This document shows, in pieces, positions 1-13,648 of a stretch of 64,000 nt of DNA (the stretch's first letter is position 1; every line of letters begins with the position of its first letter). The position numbers were made by a program, and so were the translations under genes. The notes beneath the pieces are model-generated. The model was not told where the DNA came from. It worked only from the letters and a program-made list of their open reading frames with translations, and made no database searches. The stretch is taken from the NCBI GenBank assembly GCA_029288895.1, contig JARIGK010000001.1, forward strand, positions 134,682-198,681, in the 5' to 3' direction. This DNA comes from Candidatus Adlerbacteria bacterium (GTDB lineage Bacteria > Patescibacteriota > Minisyncoccia > Phycocordibacterales > SBAW01).

Positions 1-3399
<3,399 letters not shown>

Positions 3400-3420
3400 A
3401 ACTTAGATATACAAAGATTA

Positions 3421-3456
3421 AGGGCGCGCATTCCTTTCGGAATGCGCGCCCTTTTT
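3421..3456 (+). terminator. Intrinsic terminator after rpoC (probably shared with the convergent small gene)
   Basis: AGGGCGCGCATTCC-tttc-GGAATGCGCGCCCT stem followed by T tract. Confidence 0.85.
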
Positions 3457-3464
3457 CGTGGCTG

Positions 3465-3701
3465 CTAGCTTCGAGCAGCGACACGGCGATTGAACCTCAC
3501 ATGGCTCCAGTGCTGGAGCTCATCCTTCGCGATGTCGGCCACGATGGCGACGCCGACCAGGACGACAGCGAAGAGGGCGACGAAGCGGAACAGATTGTGC
3601 TTCGAGGTCGCGTAGTCGTTGAGGGGGAAGAAGTGCCAGGCAGCAAATGCGGCGATGGCGGCGATGACGAGAGCAACGACGACGGTGACGATGCGGGACA
3701 T
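3465..3701 (-). CDS. Small 2-TM hypothetical membrane protein
   Basis: 78 aa with two hydrophobic stretches, GGAG SD, consensus promoter upstream. Confidence 0.7.
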   Translation of the reverse strand: MSRIVTVVVALVIAAIAAFAAWHFFPLNDYATSKHNLFRFVALFAVVLVGVAIVADIAKDELQHWSHVRFNRRVAARS

Positions 3702-3757
3702 ATGATTCTCCGTGGCAAAGCCTTAGGAAGGATTCCTTTGGCGAACTTTCAATGTAT

Positions 3758-3786
3758 ATTATATAGCATATATACTATATTGTCAA
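3758..3786 (-). promoter_or_regulatory. Consensus sigma70 promoter
   Basis: TTGACA-17 nt-TATAAT on minus strand. Confidence 0.75.
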
Positions 3787-3830
3787 GTACTCCTGCGCGG
3801 AAGGGTAAAAACAGCTAGAATGAGTAGCAA

Positions 3831-5513
3831 ATGGATTCGCAGGTGCAGGAGATCAAAGATAAGTTGTCCATCAACGAAGTGGTGGGGCAGTATGTGAAGT
3901 TGGAAAAGGCGGGCCGGAATTGGCGTGCGCGATGCCCGTTCCACAAAGAAAAAACGCCGTCATTCATGATTTCACCCGAGCGCGGGAGTTACATCTGTTT
4001 TGGTTGCGGCGAGAAAGGAGATATTTTTACATTTACAGAAAAAATCGAGCACGTTGATTTCCGCACTGCACTCACGCAGCTGGCCGAGAAAGCGGGCGTT
4101 GTACTGAAGAACACCTACGTTCCAAAACAAGAAGACAAACAAAAAGAAGAGCAGCTGCGCGATGTGTGCGAAGATGCAACAAAGTTTTTCCAAAGCCAGC
4201 TCGAGAAGCGCCAAGATGTCCTCGAGTATATAAAGAAAAGGGCAGTGACAGACGAGACTATTGCGAGCTGGCGTATTGGGTACGCGCCTGCAAGCTGGCG
4301 GGATGTGGCAGAACACCTGGCAGGGAAAGGCTACAGTAAAGATTTGATTGTCGAGGCGGGGCTTGCTGCGCGTTCGCAAAACAAGCCAGGCGAGATTTAC
4401 GATAGATTCCGCGGCCGCATTATGTTCCCGCTGTTTGACGCGGGCGGGAAGGTGATTGCATTCTCTGGGCGCTTTTTTGAAAAAGTAGAAGGCAGTAAAG
4501 AAGAAGGCGAGCCAGCGAAGTATGTAAACTCATCCGAAACGCCAATCTTTAAGAAGTCGCGCGTGCTCTATGGGTTTGACCGCGCAAAGAATTTTATCCG
4601 CAAAGCCGACTGCATTCTGTTGGTTGAAGGGCAGTTCGATGTCATTCTCTCGCACCAGTCGGGCCTGTCGTTTGCTGTGGCATCGTCTGGCACTGCTATC
4701 ACCGAAGAGCATATGAACTTGCTCAGCCGTCTTTCGAAACGCCTGGTGTTGGCACTTGATGGCGACACGGCCGGCATCCGCGCGGGCCTCAAAACCGCGC
4801 TTATGGCACTGTCGATGGGTTTTGATGTAAAAATCCCAACCTTCCCGGACGGCAAAGACCCAGCCGACATGACAAAAGAAGACCCCGAGTTGTTGAAGGC
4901 AGCAATTCGTAGTTCAAAAACCGCCGTCGAATTCTTTTTAGACGCGTTGCGCCCGAATGCGCGTGACGAACGTGCCTATGCGAAGCTTGTCGAGGCACAG
5001 GTGCTGCCGCTTATTGCCGCAGTTGGAAGCAAAGTCGACCAAGCCCATTTTGTGCGCATTGTGGCGGGCCGCCTGCGTGTGCCCGAAACTGCCATTTATG
5101 CAGAAGTTGCTAAGCGCCCCGTGCTCCGCGAAAGCGAAGAAGAGGAGAGTGTTGTAAGAGAAGTAGTGTCTCAACCGTCTTCGGTTGAGCGTGCGGCGGC
5201 ACTGTTGCTCTCATACTACTCGCACGGCCCCGTACGCGAGACACTCGAGGCCCTGTTGGGGCAGGCCCGCCTCGGCGCCCTCGAGGCCCAATTTATGGGC
5301 GATGCAGAGAAGTTCCGTTTTGAATTTGAAGCCTTGGGCGATGATGCTGCTATGACGGCAACGGCCCTTTTAGAAAGCCTCGAGCGCGGTTTGATAGACG
5401 AACAGATGGGGCAGGTAATGCAGGAGATGCGTATGGCAGAGCCCGCGGCACAGCCGGGCCTCATTCAGAAGTTAGCCAGCCTCAAAAAACGCCAGCAGGA
5501 GTTGAGAAAATAG
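3831..5513 (+). CDS. dnaG: DNA primase
   Basis: CPFH..EKTPSF..CFGC Zn finger, DRFRGRIMFP, KYVNS, Toprim VEGQFD/DGD. Confidence 0.98.
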   Translation: MDSQVQEIKDKLSINEVVGQYVKLEKAGRNWRARCPFHKEKTPSFMISPERGSYICFGCGEKGDIFTFTEKIEHVDFRTALTQLAEKAGVVLKNTYVPKQEDKQKEEQLRDVCEDATKFFQSQLEKRQDVLEYIKKRAVTDETIASWRIGYAPASWRDVAEHLAGKGYSKDLIVEAGLAARSQNKPGEIYDRFRGRIMFPLFDAGGKVIAFSGRFFEKVEGSKEEGEPAKYVNSSETPIFKKSRVLYGFDRAKNFIRKADCILLVEGQFDVILSHQSGLSFAVASSGTAITEEHMNLLSRLSKRLVLALDGDTAGIRAGLKTALMALSMGFDVKIPTFPDGKDPADMTKEDPELLKAAIRSSKTAVEFFLDALRPNARDERAYAKLVEAQVLPLIAAVGSKVDQAHFVRIVAGRLRVPETAIYAEVAKRPVLRESEEEESVVREVVSQPSSVERAAALLLSYYSHGPVRETLEALLGQARLGALEAQFMGDAEKFRFEFEALGDDAAMTATALLESLERGLIDEQMGQVMQEMRMAEPAAQPGLIQKLASLKKRQQELRK

Positions 5514-5537
5514 GTTTTTGTGATATACTAGTGAATA

Positions 5538-6797
5538 ATGGCAAAAACTAAGAAGGCGACCAAAAAGAAGGTGGCCAAGGCAGCGAAACGTCCCAAAGGG
5601 AACGTTGCCAAGGCGAAGAAATTCCGCGACGTTGCAGCAAAACGCCGCGCTAAACTTGTGCCCAAAAAAGCCCCTGCCAAAAAGGTAAAGGCCGCAGCTG
5701 CACCGAAGGTTAACCCTGCAGCTGCCAAAAAACAGAACGATCAAAACAAAAAAGCAGAACAGTTGATGGCGTCGGGCCGCCAGCGCGGCTTCGTTACGTA
5801 TGACGAAATTTTGAAGGCTTTCCCTAACATCGAAACCGATGTCGATTTCTTGGAAGAACTCTACGATAAATTCTCGACCGCACACATCGACGTGCTCGAA
5901 GGCGGCGGCATGCTCGAAATCGAAAGCGAGCCGCTCGAAAAAGGCTACTCTCGTAGCGATTCCAACTACGACTCTATCCAGATGTACCTGCGCGAAATTG
6001 GCCGCTACCCGCTGCTTAACGCGCAGCAGGAGCGCGACTACGCAAAGCGCATCGTCGAGGGCGACAACGAGGCGCGTAACTTGCTTGCACGCGCAAACCT
6101 CCGCCTCGTCGTTTCTATCGCAAAGAAGTATGTAGGCCGCTCACCAGACCTCACCCTCTTGGACCTCATACAAGAAGGTAACTTGGGCCTCTTTAAGGCC
6201 GTCGATAAATTCGACTACACCAAGGGCTACAAATTCTCGACCTATGCCACCTGGTGGATCCGCCAGGCTATTACGCGTGCCTTGGCCGACCAGAGCCGCA
6301 CCATCCGCATTCCGGTCCACATGGTGGAAACTATCGCGAAATACAAGCAGGTTTCGCGCCGCCTCTCACAAGACTTGGGCCGCGACCCGCTTGCAGAAGA
6401 AATCGCACTTGAAATGGGTGTCGATGTCGACAAAATCTACCAAATAGAAAAGATCGACCAGGACACTGTCTCCTTGGAAAGCCCAGTTGGCTCAGACGAT
6501 GATGACGGTAAGTCAGTACTTGGCGACTTTATCAAAGACGACAAAATCTTGTCACCTGACCAGGAAGTCTCGCGCCGCATCTTGGGCGACCAGCTGCACG
6601 AAATCCTCGACGAGCTTTCTCCAAAAGAACGCGAAATCCTCAAACTCCGCCATGGCTTGGAAGATGGCATTTACCACACGCTCGAAGAGGTGGGCAAGAA
6701 GTTTGGCGTCACACGCGAACGTATCCGCCAAATCGAAGCAAAAGCCCTCGAGCGTATCCGCACGCACGACAAAGCAAAACGCCTCCGCAGCTACTAA
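5538..6797 (+). CDS. rpoD: Primary sigma-70 factor with Lys/Ala-rich N-terminal extension
   Basis: [47 protein letters not shown]; downstream of dnaG. Confidence 0.97.
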   Translation: MAKTKKATKKKVAKAAKRPKGNVAKAKKFRDVAAKRRAKLVPKKAPAKKVKAAAAPKVNPAAAKKQNDQNKKAEQLMASGRQRGFVTYDEILKAFPNIETDVDFLEELYDKFSTAHIDVLEGGGMLEIESEPLEKGYSRSDSNYDSIQMYLREIGRYPLLNAQQERDYAKRIVEGDNEARNLLARANLRLVVSIAKKYVGRSPDLTLLDLIQEGNLGLFKAVDKFDYTKGYKFSTYATWWIRQAITRALADQSRTIRIPVHMVETIAKYKQVSRRLSQDLGRDPLAEEIALEMGVDVDKIYQIEKIDQDTVSLESPVGSDDDDGKSVLGDFIKDDKILSPDQEVSRRILGDQLHEILDELSPKEREILKLRHGLEDGIYHTLEEVGKKFGVTRERIRQIEAKALERIRTHDKAKRLRSY

Positions 6798-6821
6798 AAA
6801 ATCCCCTCCGGGGGATTTTTT
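6796..6821. terminator. Bidirectional-type terminator after rpoD
   Basis: AAAAAATCCCC-tccg-GGGGATTTTTT. Confidence 0.75.
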
Positions 6822-6834
6822 GTATACTGGAGCC

Positions 6835-7716
6835 ATGGCTAAGAAGCGACAAGAGAAGAAGGCAGAGCTGCCGATAAAGCACTGGAGCCACAGCTCGCTC
6901 ATGGCGTATTTGCGGAACCCGCTGGCGTGGCACAAGCGCTATGTGGAGCTTGTGTACGACATGCCCTCGAACCCTTCGTCTGTGATTGGCCGCGCGGCGC
7001 ACACGGCGCTACAGCACTTTTATGGCGGCATTGATAAAGAAGGTGCAATAGCCTTGGGTATGGAATATTTGCGCAATGTCGCAGACTTTGAAATTAACTT
7101 CGGCAAAAAAGTTAAGTCGAACCTTGCAAAGAAAAAGAAGCGCGAGCAGATGGAACGCGAATACATCCAAGCCATCAATTTTTATTTAGAGAAGCCGCCA
7201 AAGTATAAAAAGATACTTGGGGTCGAGTATGTTGGCATGGCACAGGTCGAAGGCTTGCCGCTGCCTATTAAGGCGGTGTCGGACCTGGTGGTGCAGTCGG
7301 CCGTGGACCCAAAAGGGTTGGATATTATCGACCACAAATTTGTCGACATATTTTCGGGGAAGGGGGCAGACAAAACCCTGTTTGTGATGCAAGCGATTTT
7401 TAACTACTACACAGTTAAGAAGAATTTCGGCAAACCGGTACGCCGCTTTATTGTGTGGGAGTGCAAGAAGTCGCGCAACGCCGATGGTTCGCCGCAGATG
7501 CGCAAATACATCATCGACTTCCGTACCTTTAAACAAGAATTTATTATCTTTAACCGCCTTATCCGCGACGCCACGGCAACCATCACAGTGCTGATGGGCA
7601 CAGGGATCTTTTTGCCTAACCCATCCGACATGTTCGAAGGCGAAAACTCCTTCGATATTTACCGCATCAACTTGGCCCCCGAAGACTACGACGCTCACTT
7701 CAAACCCGACGAATAA
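6835..7716 (+). CDS. Stand-alone PD-(D/E)XK (RecB-family) nuclease
   Basis: WSHSSL..NP, GRAAH, SDL...IIDHK, Q...Y motifs; start reassigned to ATG 6835 after the rpoD terminator. Confidence 0.75.
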   Translation: MAKKRQEKKAELPIKHWSHSSLMAYLRNPLAWHKRYVELVYDMPSNPSSVIGRAAHTALQHFYGGIDKEGAIALGMEYLRNVADFEINFGKKVKSNLAKKKKREQMEREYIQAINFYLEKPPKYKKILGVEYVGMAQVEGLPLPIKAVSDLVVQSAVDPKGLDIIDHKFVDIFSGKGADKTLFVMQAIFNYYTVKKNFGKPVRRFIVWECKKSRNADGSPQMRKYIIDFRTFKQEFIIFNRLIRDATATITVLMGTGIFLPNPSDMFEGENSFDIYRINLAPEDYDAHFKPDE

Positions 7717-7745
7717 TTGACAAATCCCGATTTTTACTGTATTTT
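7717..7745 (+). promoter_or_regulatory. sigma70 promoter starting immediately after the upstream stop codon
   Basis: TTGACA-17 nt-TATTTT. Confidence 0.55.
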
Positions 7746-7771
7746 CTATTTCAGAACGATGGGAGAACATC

Positions 7772-8296
7772 ATGTTTCTATATCATCGAGTCCCGCGCAC
7801 TATGGCTGGGACGACGCTGTACCCGCTCAATACGCTTAAAGAGTTGCACCCGCGGCTCTACGAAGAGTACCTACAGAAATACGCCGATCGGCGCGGTCTC
7901 ATGAAGAGAAATGTTCCGCAGCTTAATTGTTTGTGGAATGACGTACTCTTTACCATGGCACTTGCGCCCGCCGAATTGTACAAGGCGTACAAGAGTTTCA
8001 ACTTTCCGGGTCGTTACCCTCCGCGATTCTATAAAATCCCCTTGGAGCGACTGGACCAGCACCAGATTGTTGTTCTGACCAAGATGGGGGCTGGCGGGAC
8101 AGTCTACGAAGACTTTTCGGCCAGAAGGATGCAAGCGTACGCGACTCTGCCTCAAGAGACGTTGTTGTATTGGGAAGAGCGCAAGAAGGCAAACGATGAA
8201 CGGCCGCTCCTTTTTATGCACATCCCGCATGTGATGTATAAAGGAACGATTAATATCGAAGGCCTTGAAATTGTGTCAGTAAAAACCCCGGAGTGA
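7772..8296 (+). CDS. Hypothetical protein
   Basis: 174-aa ORF with own promoter, GGGAG SD and terminator at 8282-8313. Confidence 0.8.
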   Translation: MFLYHRVPRTMAGTTLYPLNTLKELHPRLYEEYLQKYADRRGLMKRNVPQLNCLWNDVLFTMALAPAELYKAYKSFNFPGRYPPRFYKIPLERLDQHQIVVLTKMGAGGTVYEDFSARRMQAYATLPQETLLYWEERKKANDERPLLFMHIPHVMYKGTINIEGLEIVSVKTPE

Positions 8297-8328
8297 TCCG
8301 GGGTTTTCTTTTTACCTATGGTGTTCTC

Positions 8329-9048
8329 TTACTGCGCGGAGGTGGAGGAGCCTGTCGAGCCGGTGACTGGTGTGTTGCCAAGGACCGCGTCGATAGCGGC
8401 GCGCATCGAATCGTACGGCTGCGCACCCTGGAGAGTGACAGCTTCCGAGCCGATCATGACCAAGATAAACGGTGTACCCTGGCCGCCTTCGTTAATTGCC
8501 TCAGTGTAGCTGTCCTGGATCTTTTTGGTGTACTTGCCACTTGCCAAGCACTGATTAAACGTATCGACGTTCAACCCATTTTGCTTTGCAATAACCGGGA
8601 GCTGGGCCAAGTCGAGATTATTTTCTGACGGCGTAACTGCGTAGACTGCGTCGATATATTTGTAGAACGCCGCGTCGCCGCCCTGGTCTGCAGCACACTC
8701 TGCTGCCTCTGCCTCTTTAGGAGCCTTTGAGTGCAACTGTGCAAGCGGGAATGGGCGATACACCCATGCAACTTTGCCCGACGCACCGTAGTAATCCATA
8801 ATCTGGTGCATGGTCGTGTTAAACGTTTTGCAGAACGGGCATTCCAAGTCTGCGTATTCGACAACCTTTACCTGTGCATTTGGGTTGCCCAAAATATGGT
8901 CAACCTTTGGGTCGTATTCGCGCGCTGTCTCTTTTTGCGAGCCAGGAGTCGTCGGCGTGGAACCATTTTTACCGACCAAAAAGACCGCACCTGCAATAAG
9001 CGCACCTGCGACCACGATAGTAATGGGGAGTACGTATTGGGATTTCAT
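8329..9048 (-). CDS. DsbA/thioredoxin-family membrane-anchored oxidoreductase
   Basis: N-terminal TM, EYADLECPFC, cis-Pro GTP loop, GAQPY. Confidence 0.93.
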   Translation of the reverse strand: MKSQYVLPITIVVAGALIAGAVFLVGKNGSTPTTPGSQKETAREYDPKVDHILGNPNAQVKVVEYADLECPFCKTFNTTMHQIMDYYGASGKVAWVYRPFPLAQLHSKAPKEAEAAECAADQGGDAAFYKYIDAVYAVTPSENNLDLAQLPVIAKQNGLNVDTFNQCLASGKYTKKIQDSYTEAINEGGQGTPFILVMIGSEAVTLQGAQPYDSMRAAIDAVLGNTPVTGSTGSSTSAQ

Positions 9049-9136
9049 GTTTCTATTCTACAAAATTTGGAGGCCCAGCAATAGGGTTGACTAAAGGCTT
9101 TAGTTTTAGCACTATTTTGGCAGTTCTTTAAATAGG

Positions 9137-9189
9137 TGAGGCGAGCTTTTTGTACCGCATATACTATGAGATATAAAAAGCTCGCCTCA
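9137..9189. repeat. Long hairpin in 5' leader
   Basis: 15-bp perfect arms TGAGGCGAGCTTTTT...AAAAAGCTCGCCTCA with a partly paired interior. Confidence 0.7.
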
Positions 9190-9274
9190 TTAAGAGGTGG
9201 GCCGTTCCCTGGACGAGTCAGGTTCTCGAGGTGCTGGTAGCCCTTAGGTGGGTCAAAGGCATAAGGAGAATGTT

Positions 9275-10045
9275 ATGTCTCAATATTGGACAGATGTCCC
9301 GTTTGGTGATGGCCTCCAAGCGGTTTCGAATCTTCTTTCGGGCGCTGGGCCACACGGCGGCAGAGTGCTGGGAAAGCTCAAAGATACGGGGTACGCCAAG
9401 AAAGTTGCGTGGAGTATCGCTGCAGACACTGTGAGAGAACACCCGCTGCATGAACGGGCGCGGGCAATTATGGGACGGAGTTTTTTCGGTGTGCCGGAAA
9501 ACGTAAAGTATTTTGGTGTCCACCCTCTGTCCTTGCATCTTGGTAGGCTCGATCAGGATCCGTTTCCGTTTTCTGACGAGACGCTTGCGTTGCACGTACA
9601 CTCGCACTTCTTGGTTGCTTTTTTTCCTCTGTCGATCATCGAGTTGATTAAGAAGTTGGAAGACGTCTACCCTGTGTTTGGTATGGACAGGTGGTATGAA
9701 CGTGAAGGATTTGCCAACGCTCCAGTAAAATGTCGCTGGGCCCTCATTAGAAAAGGAGGTATTAAGAATACACAAGACGACACGCTTAAAGGCCAAAGAA
9801 AAGAGCTCAGGCCAGATGAGTCGGCAGCATCTGCACCAGTGCTTTTCTATTCGACCTTGGCGTGGTTGTTGCTCAACAAAGAGCCTCTTTTCCACAACAA
9901 TAGGGCTCGCTCGGCAACGGTCGACGTTCCTGGTTCCACGCACGCTGCAATCGTTGTGCGTGAGGACAAGCTGTACATTGAGCCTTGTCGTGACGATGAA
10001 GACTCATCGTATCTTAGATTAGGTTCAATGCGCACAAAAGGTTGA
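9275..10045 (+). CDS. Hypothetical protein, possible CLec-like C-terminus
   Basis: Long ORF; ATG 9275 follows TAAGGAG SD; terminator at 10055-10087. Confidence 0.75.
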   Translation: MSQYWTDVPFGDGLQAVSNLLSGAGPHGGRVLGKLKDTGYAKKVAWSIAADTVREHPLHERARAIMGRSFFGVPENVKYFGVHPLSLHLGRLDQDPFPFSDETLALHVHSHFLVAFFPLSIIELIKKLEDVYPVFGMDRWYEREGFANAPVKCRWALIRKGGIKNTQDDTLKGQRKELRPDESAASAPVLFYSTLAWLLLNKEPLFHNNRARSATVDVPGSTHAAIVVREDKLYIEPCRDDEDSSYLRLGSMRTKG

Positions 10046-10054
10046 TGTGTACGG

Positions 10055-10087
10055 GCTTCGGCATGCAAATGCCGAAGCTTTTCTTTT
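10055..10087 (+). terminator. Intrinsic terminator abutting convergent stop codon
   Basis: GCTTCGGCAT-gcaa-ATGCCGAAGC-TTTTCTTTT then TTA. Confidence 0.8.
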
Positions 10088-10660
10088 TTAGAAGGGAAGG
10101 GTGTGGTTTATAGCTGCCTGTTCGCCCAACGTTTCCCAGCCCGACGGATTAATTTTGATTTCGCGGATGCCCTCGTAGTCTTTGTATTTCACGCTTTTGT
10201 GCTTTTTGATGTAGTCGTAGAGTTCGCGCGTGATTGCGACGTCTGCCAAGCAATATTCGCGAATGAGGTCGATTTTGCCCTCGTCCCACCACTTCATGGC
10301 CTGCAAGCCATCAGCCGTTTTATTTTTGCCGAGCGTTGCCTCGGCCAAGTTGTCGAGTTTGAGGCGGCGGCCAAGGACGTTCCGGATCTCTTTCAGGAGG
10401 TCGATACTTTTGATGCGCGTAAGGTCGCCCGCGTAATATTTATTTAAAATCGGAATGTCGAAGTGGTCGCTGTTGTAGCCCACGAGTGCGTCGGCGCTTT
10501 CAAGCAAGGGCCACAGCTGAGGGAATTCCTCGCGCGTATAGCTCGTGAGTTTTTTGGTTTGTGAATCGTGTACGCCAACGACGGTGATTTCCAAGTTAGA
10601 AAAATCGCCGTTGCCGCGGAATTCGCCCGTTGTTTCAATGTCAAAGGTAATGACTCTCAT
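10088..10660 (-). CDS. RNase H-like DEDD 3'-5' exonuclease (YprB/RNase_H_2 type)
   Basis: FDIET, GYNSDHFD, YCLADV Exo I-III motifs. Confidence 0.85.
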   Translation of the reverse strand: MRVITFDIETTGEFRGNGDFSNLEITVVGVHDSQTKKLTSYTREEFPQLWPLLESADALVGYNSDHFDIPILNKYYAGDLTRIKSIDLLKEIRNVLGRRLKLDNLAEATLGKNKTADGLQAMKWWDEGKIDLIREYCLADVAITRELYDYIKKHKSVKYKDYEGIREIKINPSGWETLGEQAAINHTLPF

Positions 10661-10681
10661 AGTCTGCGTATGTTTTTCTAG

Positions 10682-11917
10682 TTAGCGCTCCAGGAAGAAC
10701 GAGGCGAGCTCGGCACGTGAGGCTGGCGTCTCGTTGCCGTTGCTCAAATCACGCACCATAAAGGTGCCTGATGTGATTTCGTTTTGGCCAACGACGACAA
10801 GGTAGGGGACGCCGTTTTTTGCGGCATTTTTAATTTGGTCGGCAAGCTTTTTGTCGCCGAAGTCTGATGCGACATGTACCCCGTGCTCGCGCAACTCTTG
10901 CGCCAACTGGAGCGCGTGCGGCACCTCAGCATCTGATGCCACGGCCAAGTACACGTGCGTAGGTGCGTGGTAGGCCGGCAGGAGGCCGCGCACTTCGAGG
11001 AAGTCGTGCATCGTGACATCGCCCATGCCAAAGCCAACGCCAGTGATGCTTTCGTTGTCGAACATAGCGGTGAGGTTGTCGTAGCGGCCGCCGCCAAAGA
11101 GCGAGCGGTTGTTGTCTTCGTGCGTGTCGAATACTTCGAACACAACGCCCGTGTAGTAGGCAAAGCCGCGCACAATGCTTGGGTCAAACTTTGCATTGCC
11201 AATGCCGACCGCGGAAAGGATGTCGAGGACTGCTTGGACATCTGCAGGGACATGAGCAGCGGAGAGTTTTTCGCTTGGGACGCCAAGCTCCGCCAAGCCC
11301 TGTTCGAACTCTGCCTTTTCTATTTTGTTTTTGCGGTCGAGGAGGCCGACGAGCTTTTGTGCCGCATCTTCGTCGAGATCAAGTTCGGTGATAAGTGCGT
11401 TGATGTACGCGCGGCTGCCAATTTTGATAACGAAGTCGCTTTCATTGGCACCGAAGGCCTTCATCAATTCGTACGAGACCTGGATGATCTCGGCATCTGC
11501 GGCGCGCGACTCTGAGCCAAAGAGGTCGACGTTAAGCTGCCAGTGTTCGCGCAGGCGGCCGCGCTGGGGGCGCTCGTAACGGAAGACGTTCGGGATAGAA
11601 AAGAGGCGAAGGGGGAAGCCAAATTCGCGGCGCTTTGCCGCAACCATGCGCGCCACGGTAGGCGTCATCTCTGGGCGCAGCGTTACTTCGCGGCCGCCGC
11701 GATCCAAGAATGTATAGGTCTGTTCGCTGACCATTTCTGCATTTTCGGCGCCCTTTGCTTTGTACAATTCTGAAGGCTCCAGAATCGACGCGTGATATTC
11801 GGCGTAGCCAAATTTCTTTGCGACGTCGCGGTACGTTGCGAGAAGATAATTTAAAAATTGCTGATCCTGAGGGTAGAAGTCACGGACACCTTTGTAGCTT
11901 TCAGTCGAGAGTTTCAT
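10682..11917 (-). CDS. hisS: Histidine--tRNA ligase
   Basis: KGVRDF, LRPEMT, FRYERPQRGRLRE, RGFAYYTG, GGGRYD. Confidence 0.98.
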   Translation of the reverse strand: MKLSTESYKGVRDFYPQDQQFLNYLLATYRDVAKKFGYAEYHASILEPSELYKAKGAENAEMVSEQTYTFLDRGGREVTLRPEMTPTVARMVAAKRREFGFPLRLFSIPNVFRYERPQRGRLREHWQLNVDLFGSESRAADAEIIQVSYELMKAFGANESDFVIKIGSRAYINALITELDLDEDAAQKLVGLLDRKNKIEKAEFEQGLAELGVPSEKLSAAHVPADVQAVLDILSAVGIGNAKFDPSIVRGFAYYTGVVFEVFDTHEDNNRSLFGGGRYDNLTAMFDNESITGVGFGMGDVTMHDFLEVRGLLPAYHAPTHVYLAVASDAEVPHALQLAQELREHGVHVASDFGDKKLADQIKNAAKNGVPYLVVVGQNEITSGTFMVRDLSNGNETPASRAELASFFLER

Positions 11918-11962
11918 GAAGATTTTTTGCCGATGGGGCGTACATCTAGTATTCTAGCAGAA

Positions 11963-12787
11963 ATGCCCGAGACAAACGACCGCCCGAAAGACCCGAAAGA
12001 TACGGACGTCCGGCCCCGCACAGTAGGCGGCAAAGTACTTAACTTATACAAACAGCAGGGCGAAACGCCGGCCGAAAGGTTGGAGCGCCTCCGTATCCAG
12101 AAGCCCGAGTATAAGCACGAAGTATTGTCCTACGCGGGGCGCCTCGACCCCATGGCCGAGGGCGTGATGATCACGCTCGTGGGTTCGGCCAACAAAATGC
12201 GCGATGCGTATTTGGACATGAGCAAGGAATATGTCGTCGATATTTTGTTTGGCTTTGCCACAGATACCTACGATGTACTCGGCCGCGTGATGGAAAATGG
12301 CGACACGGCATCGATCACCAAAAAAGCAGTCGAGCAGGGGTTAAACGAATATCGCGGCCACGTTGCACAAGAGTACCCGCCGTATTCGTCGAAGACCGTA
12401 GAAGGGAAGTCGCTCTTCCAATGGGCGCGCGAAGGTGCTATTGGCGCACTTGTGTTGCCGAAGAAGACAGTCACCGTCTATGACATTACGCTTGAAGGGA
12501 TGTACAAACTCAAAGAAGCTCAGTTACTTTCGTATATCGAACACGGCATCGAAAAAGTAAACGGCGACTTCCGCCAAGATGAGATTATCAATACGTGGAA
12601 GCGCAATTTGCGCAAAGAGGGTACGCGCGAGTTTCCTTGCGTCACCGTGCGTATATCGTGCTCCTCGGGCACCTACGCACGCTCTATAGCCCACGGCCTG
12701 GGCCAGGACCTTGGCGTCCCCGCATTGGCCCTCCATATCCTCCGCACCAAAGTCGGCGACTACGAAGCCTCAAAAAGCCTTAAATAG
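11963..12787 (+). CDS. truB: tRNA pseudouridine(55) synthase
   Basis: YAGRLDPMAEGV, TDTYD, PPYSSK, CSSGTYARS; start inferred. Confidence 0.92.
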   Translation: MPETNDRPKDPKDTDVRPRTVGGKVLNLYKQQGETPAERLERLRIQKPEYKHEVLSYAGRLDPMAEGVMITLVGSANKMRDAYLDMSKEYVVDILFGFATDTYDVLGRVMENGDTASITKKAVEQGLNEYRGHVAQEYPPYSSKTVEGKSLFQWAREGAIGALVLPKKTVTVYDITLEGMYKLKEAQLLSYIEHGIEKVNGDFRQDEIINTWKRNLRKEGTREFPCVTVRISCSSGTYARSIAHGLGQDLGVPALALHILRTKVGDYEASKSLK

Positions 12788-12804
12788 TAGCATTTTCATA
12801 GTAC

Positions 12805-12833
12805 TTGACATACTCTATATTTAAGAGTATAAT
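12805..12833 (+). promoter_or_regulatory. Consensus sigma70 promoter
   Basis: TTGACA-17 nt-TATAAT. Confidence 0.8.
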
Positions 12834-12871
12834 AGTATTTGAGAATTCACGAGTTAACCCAGGAGGCTTTC

Positions 12872-13222
12872 ATGCTCACTCGCGCTCTCACGTTCGCCGC
12901 TCTTTTCATCACCTTCTCGTCGGCTGCGTCGGCAGAAACCATCGGCCAGTGGGCCCGTGGGATCGAAGTCAAGCTGCAGGACAAGATCGAGACGTTCTGC
13001 CCAACGGCTAAGTACTCTGAACTGTGCCGTGCGGACTTCACCGAAGTCCAGACGATTTCGCTCATCACCCAGTTGAAGTTTCAGCGGATGATGGTGCCGC
13101 TGAACAACTTGAAGGACAAGCACGTCACCGATCTTGATCCTGTCGTTCGACTGGATGTCAGGGCCTACAAAACCCTGCTTCAGAACGAGCTGGCCAAGCT
13201 CGAAGAAAAGTACGGCAAATAA
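12872..13222 (+). CDS. Secreted hypothetical protein
   Basis: AGGAGG SD, signal peptide ending ASA, Cys pair; hairpin at 13231-13280. Confidence 0.75.
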   Translation: MLTRALTFAALFITFSSAASAETIGQWARGIEVKLQDKIETFCPTAKYSELCRADFTEVQTISLITQLKFQRMMVPLNNLKDKHVTDLDPVVRLDVRAYKTLLQNELAKLEEKYGK

Positions 13223-13332
13223 ATAGCGGTGCCCCGAAAAGAAGATCGAAAAGGTCTCACTCTTCGGGGCCTTTTCATTTATTGACCTTTTGGTCTATGT
13301 AGACCACAATCACGCCAGAAGGGAGGTGCGTC

Positions 13333-13632
13333 ATGCCCAAAGACCCTCTGTTTTGGTTTGATGTCTGGTTTGTCCTGACTGCGATTGCGCTTATTTGGTT
13401 GCTGTGCACCTTTGATAGTATTCGCGAAACAGAAGGGCGCGAGCGCACCTGCAATATGGCACTCCTGGTGCTCCTGGCTGTGGCTACGTTGAAGTTGCAC
13501 AAGTACGCAGAGAATGACAACTTGCTGTGGTGTGGCGGAGCACTCGTACTATTGGCTTTGATACAGCTGTATCGTTCAATCGAATATACGCCGCACAAAG
13601 CGCCGCCCGAAAATCAAAACCCCGACTCGTGA
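13333..13632 (+). CDS. Small 3-TM hypothetical protein
   Basis: GGGAGG SD, TTGACC..CACAAT promoter, terminator 13616-13648. Confidence 0.7.
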   Translation: MPKDPLFWFDVWFVLTAIALIWLLCTFDSIRETEGRERTCNMALLVLLAVATLKLHKYAENDNLLWCGGALVLLALIQLYRSIEYTPHKAPPENQNPDS

Positions 13633-13648
13633 TAGTCGGGGTTTTCTT

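Noticed and set aside
6487-7716. 409-aa ORF start, and a Cas4 call
   Set aside because: The extension overlaps rpoD and its terminator. The protein lacks the four Fe-S Cys of Cas4 and there is no CRISPR context.
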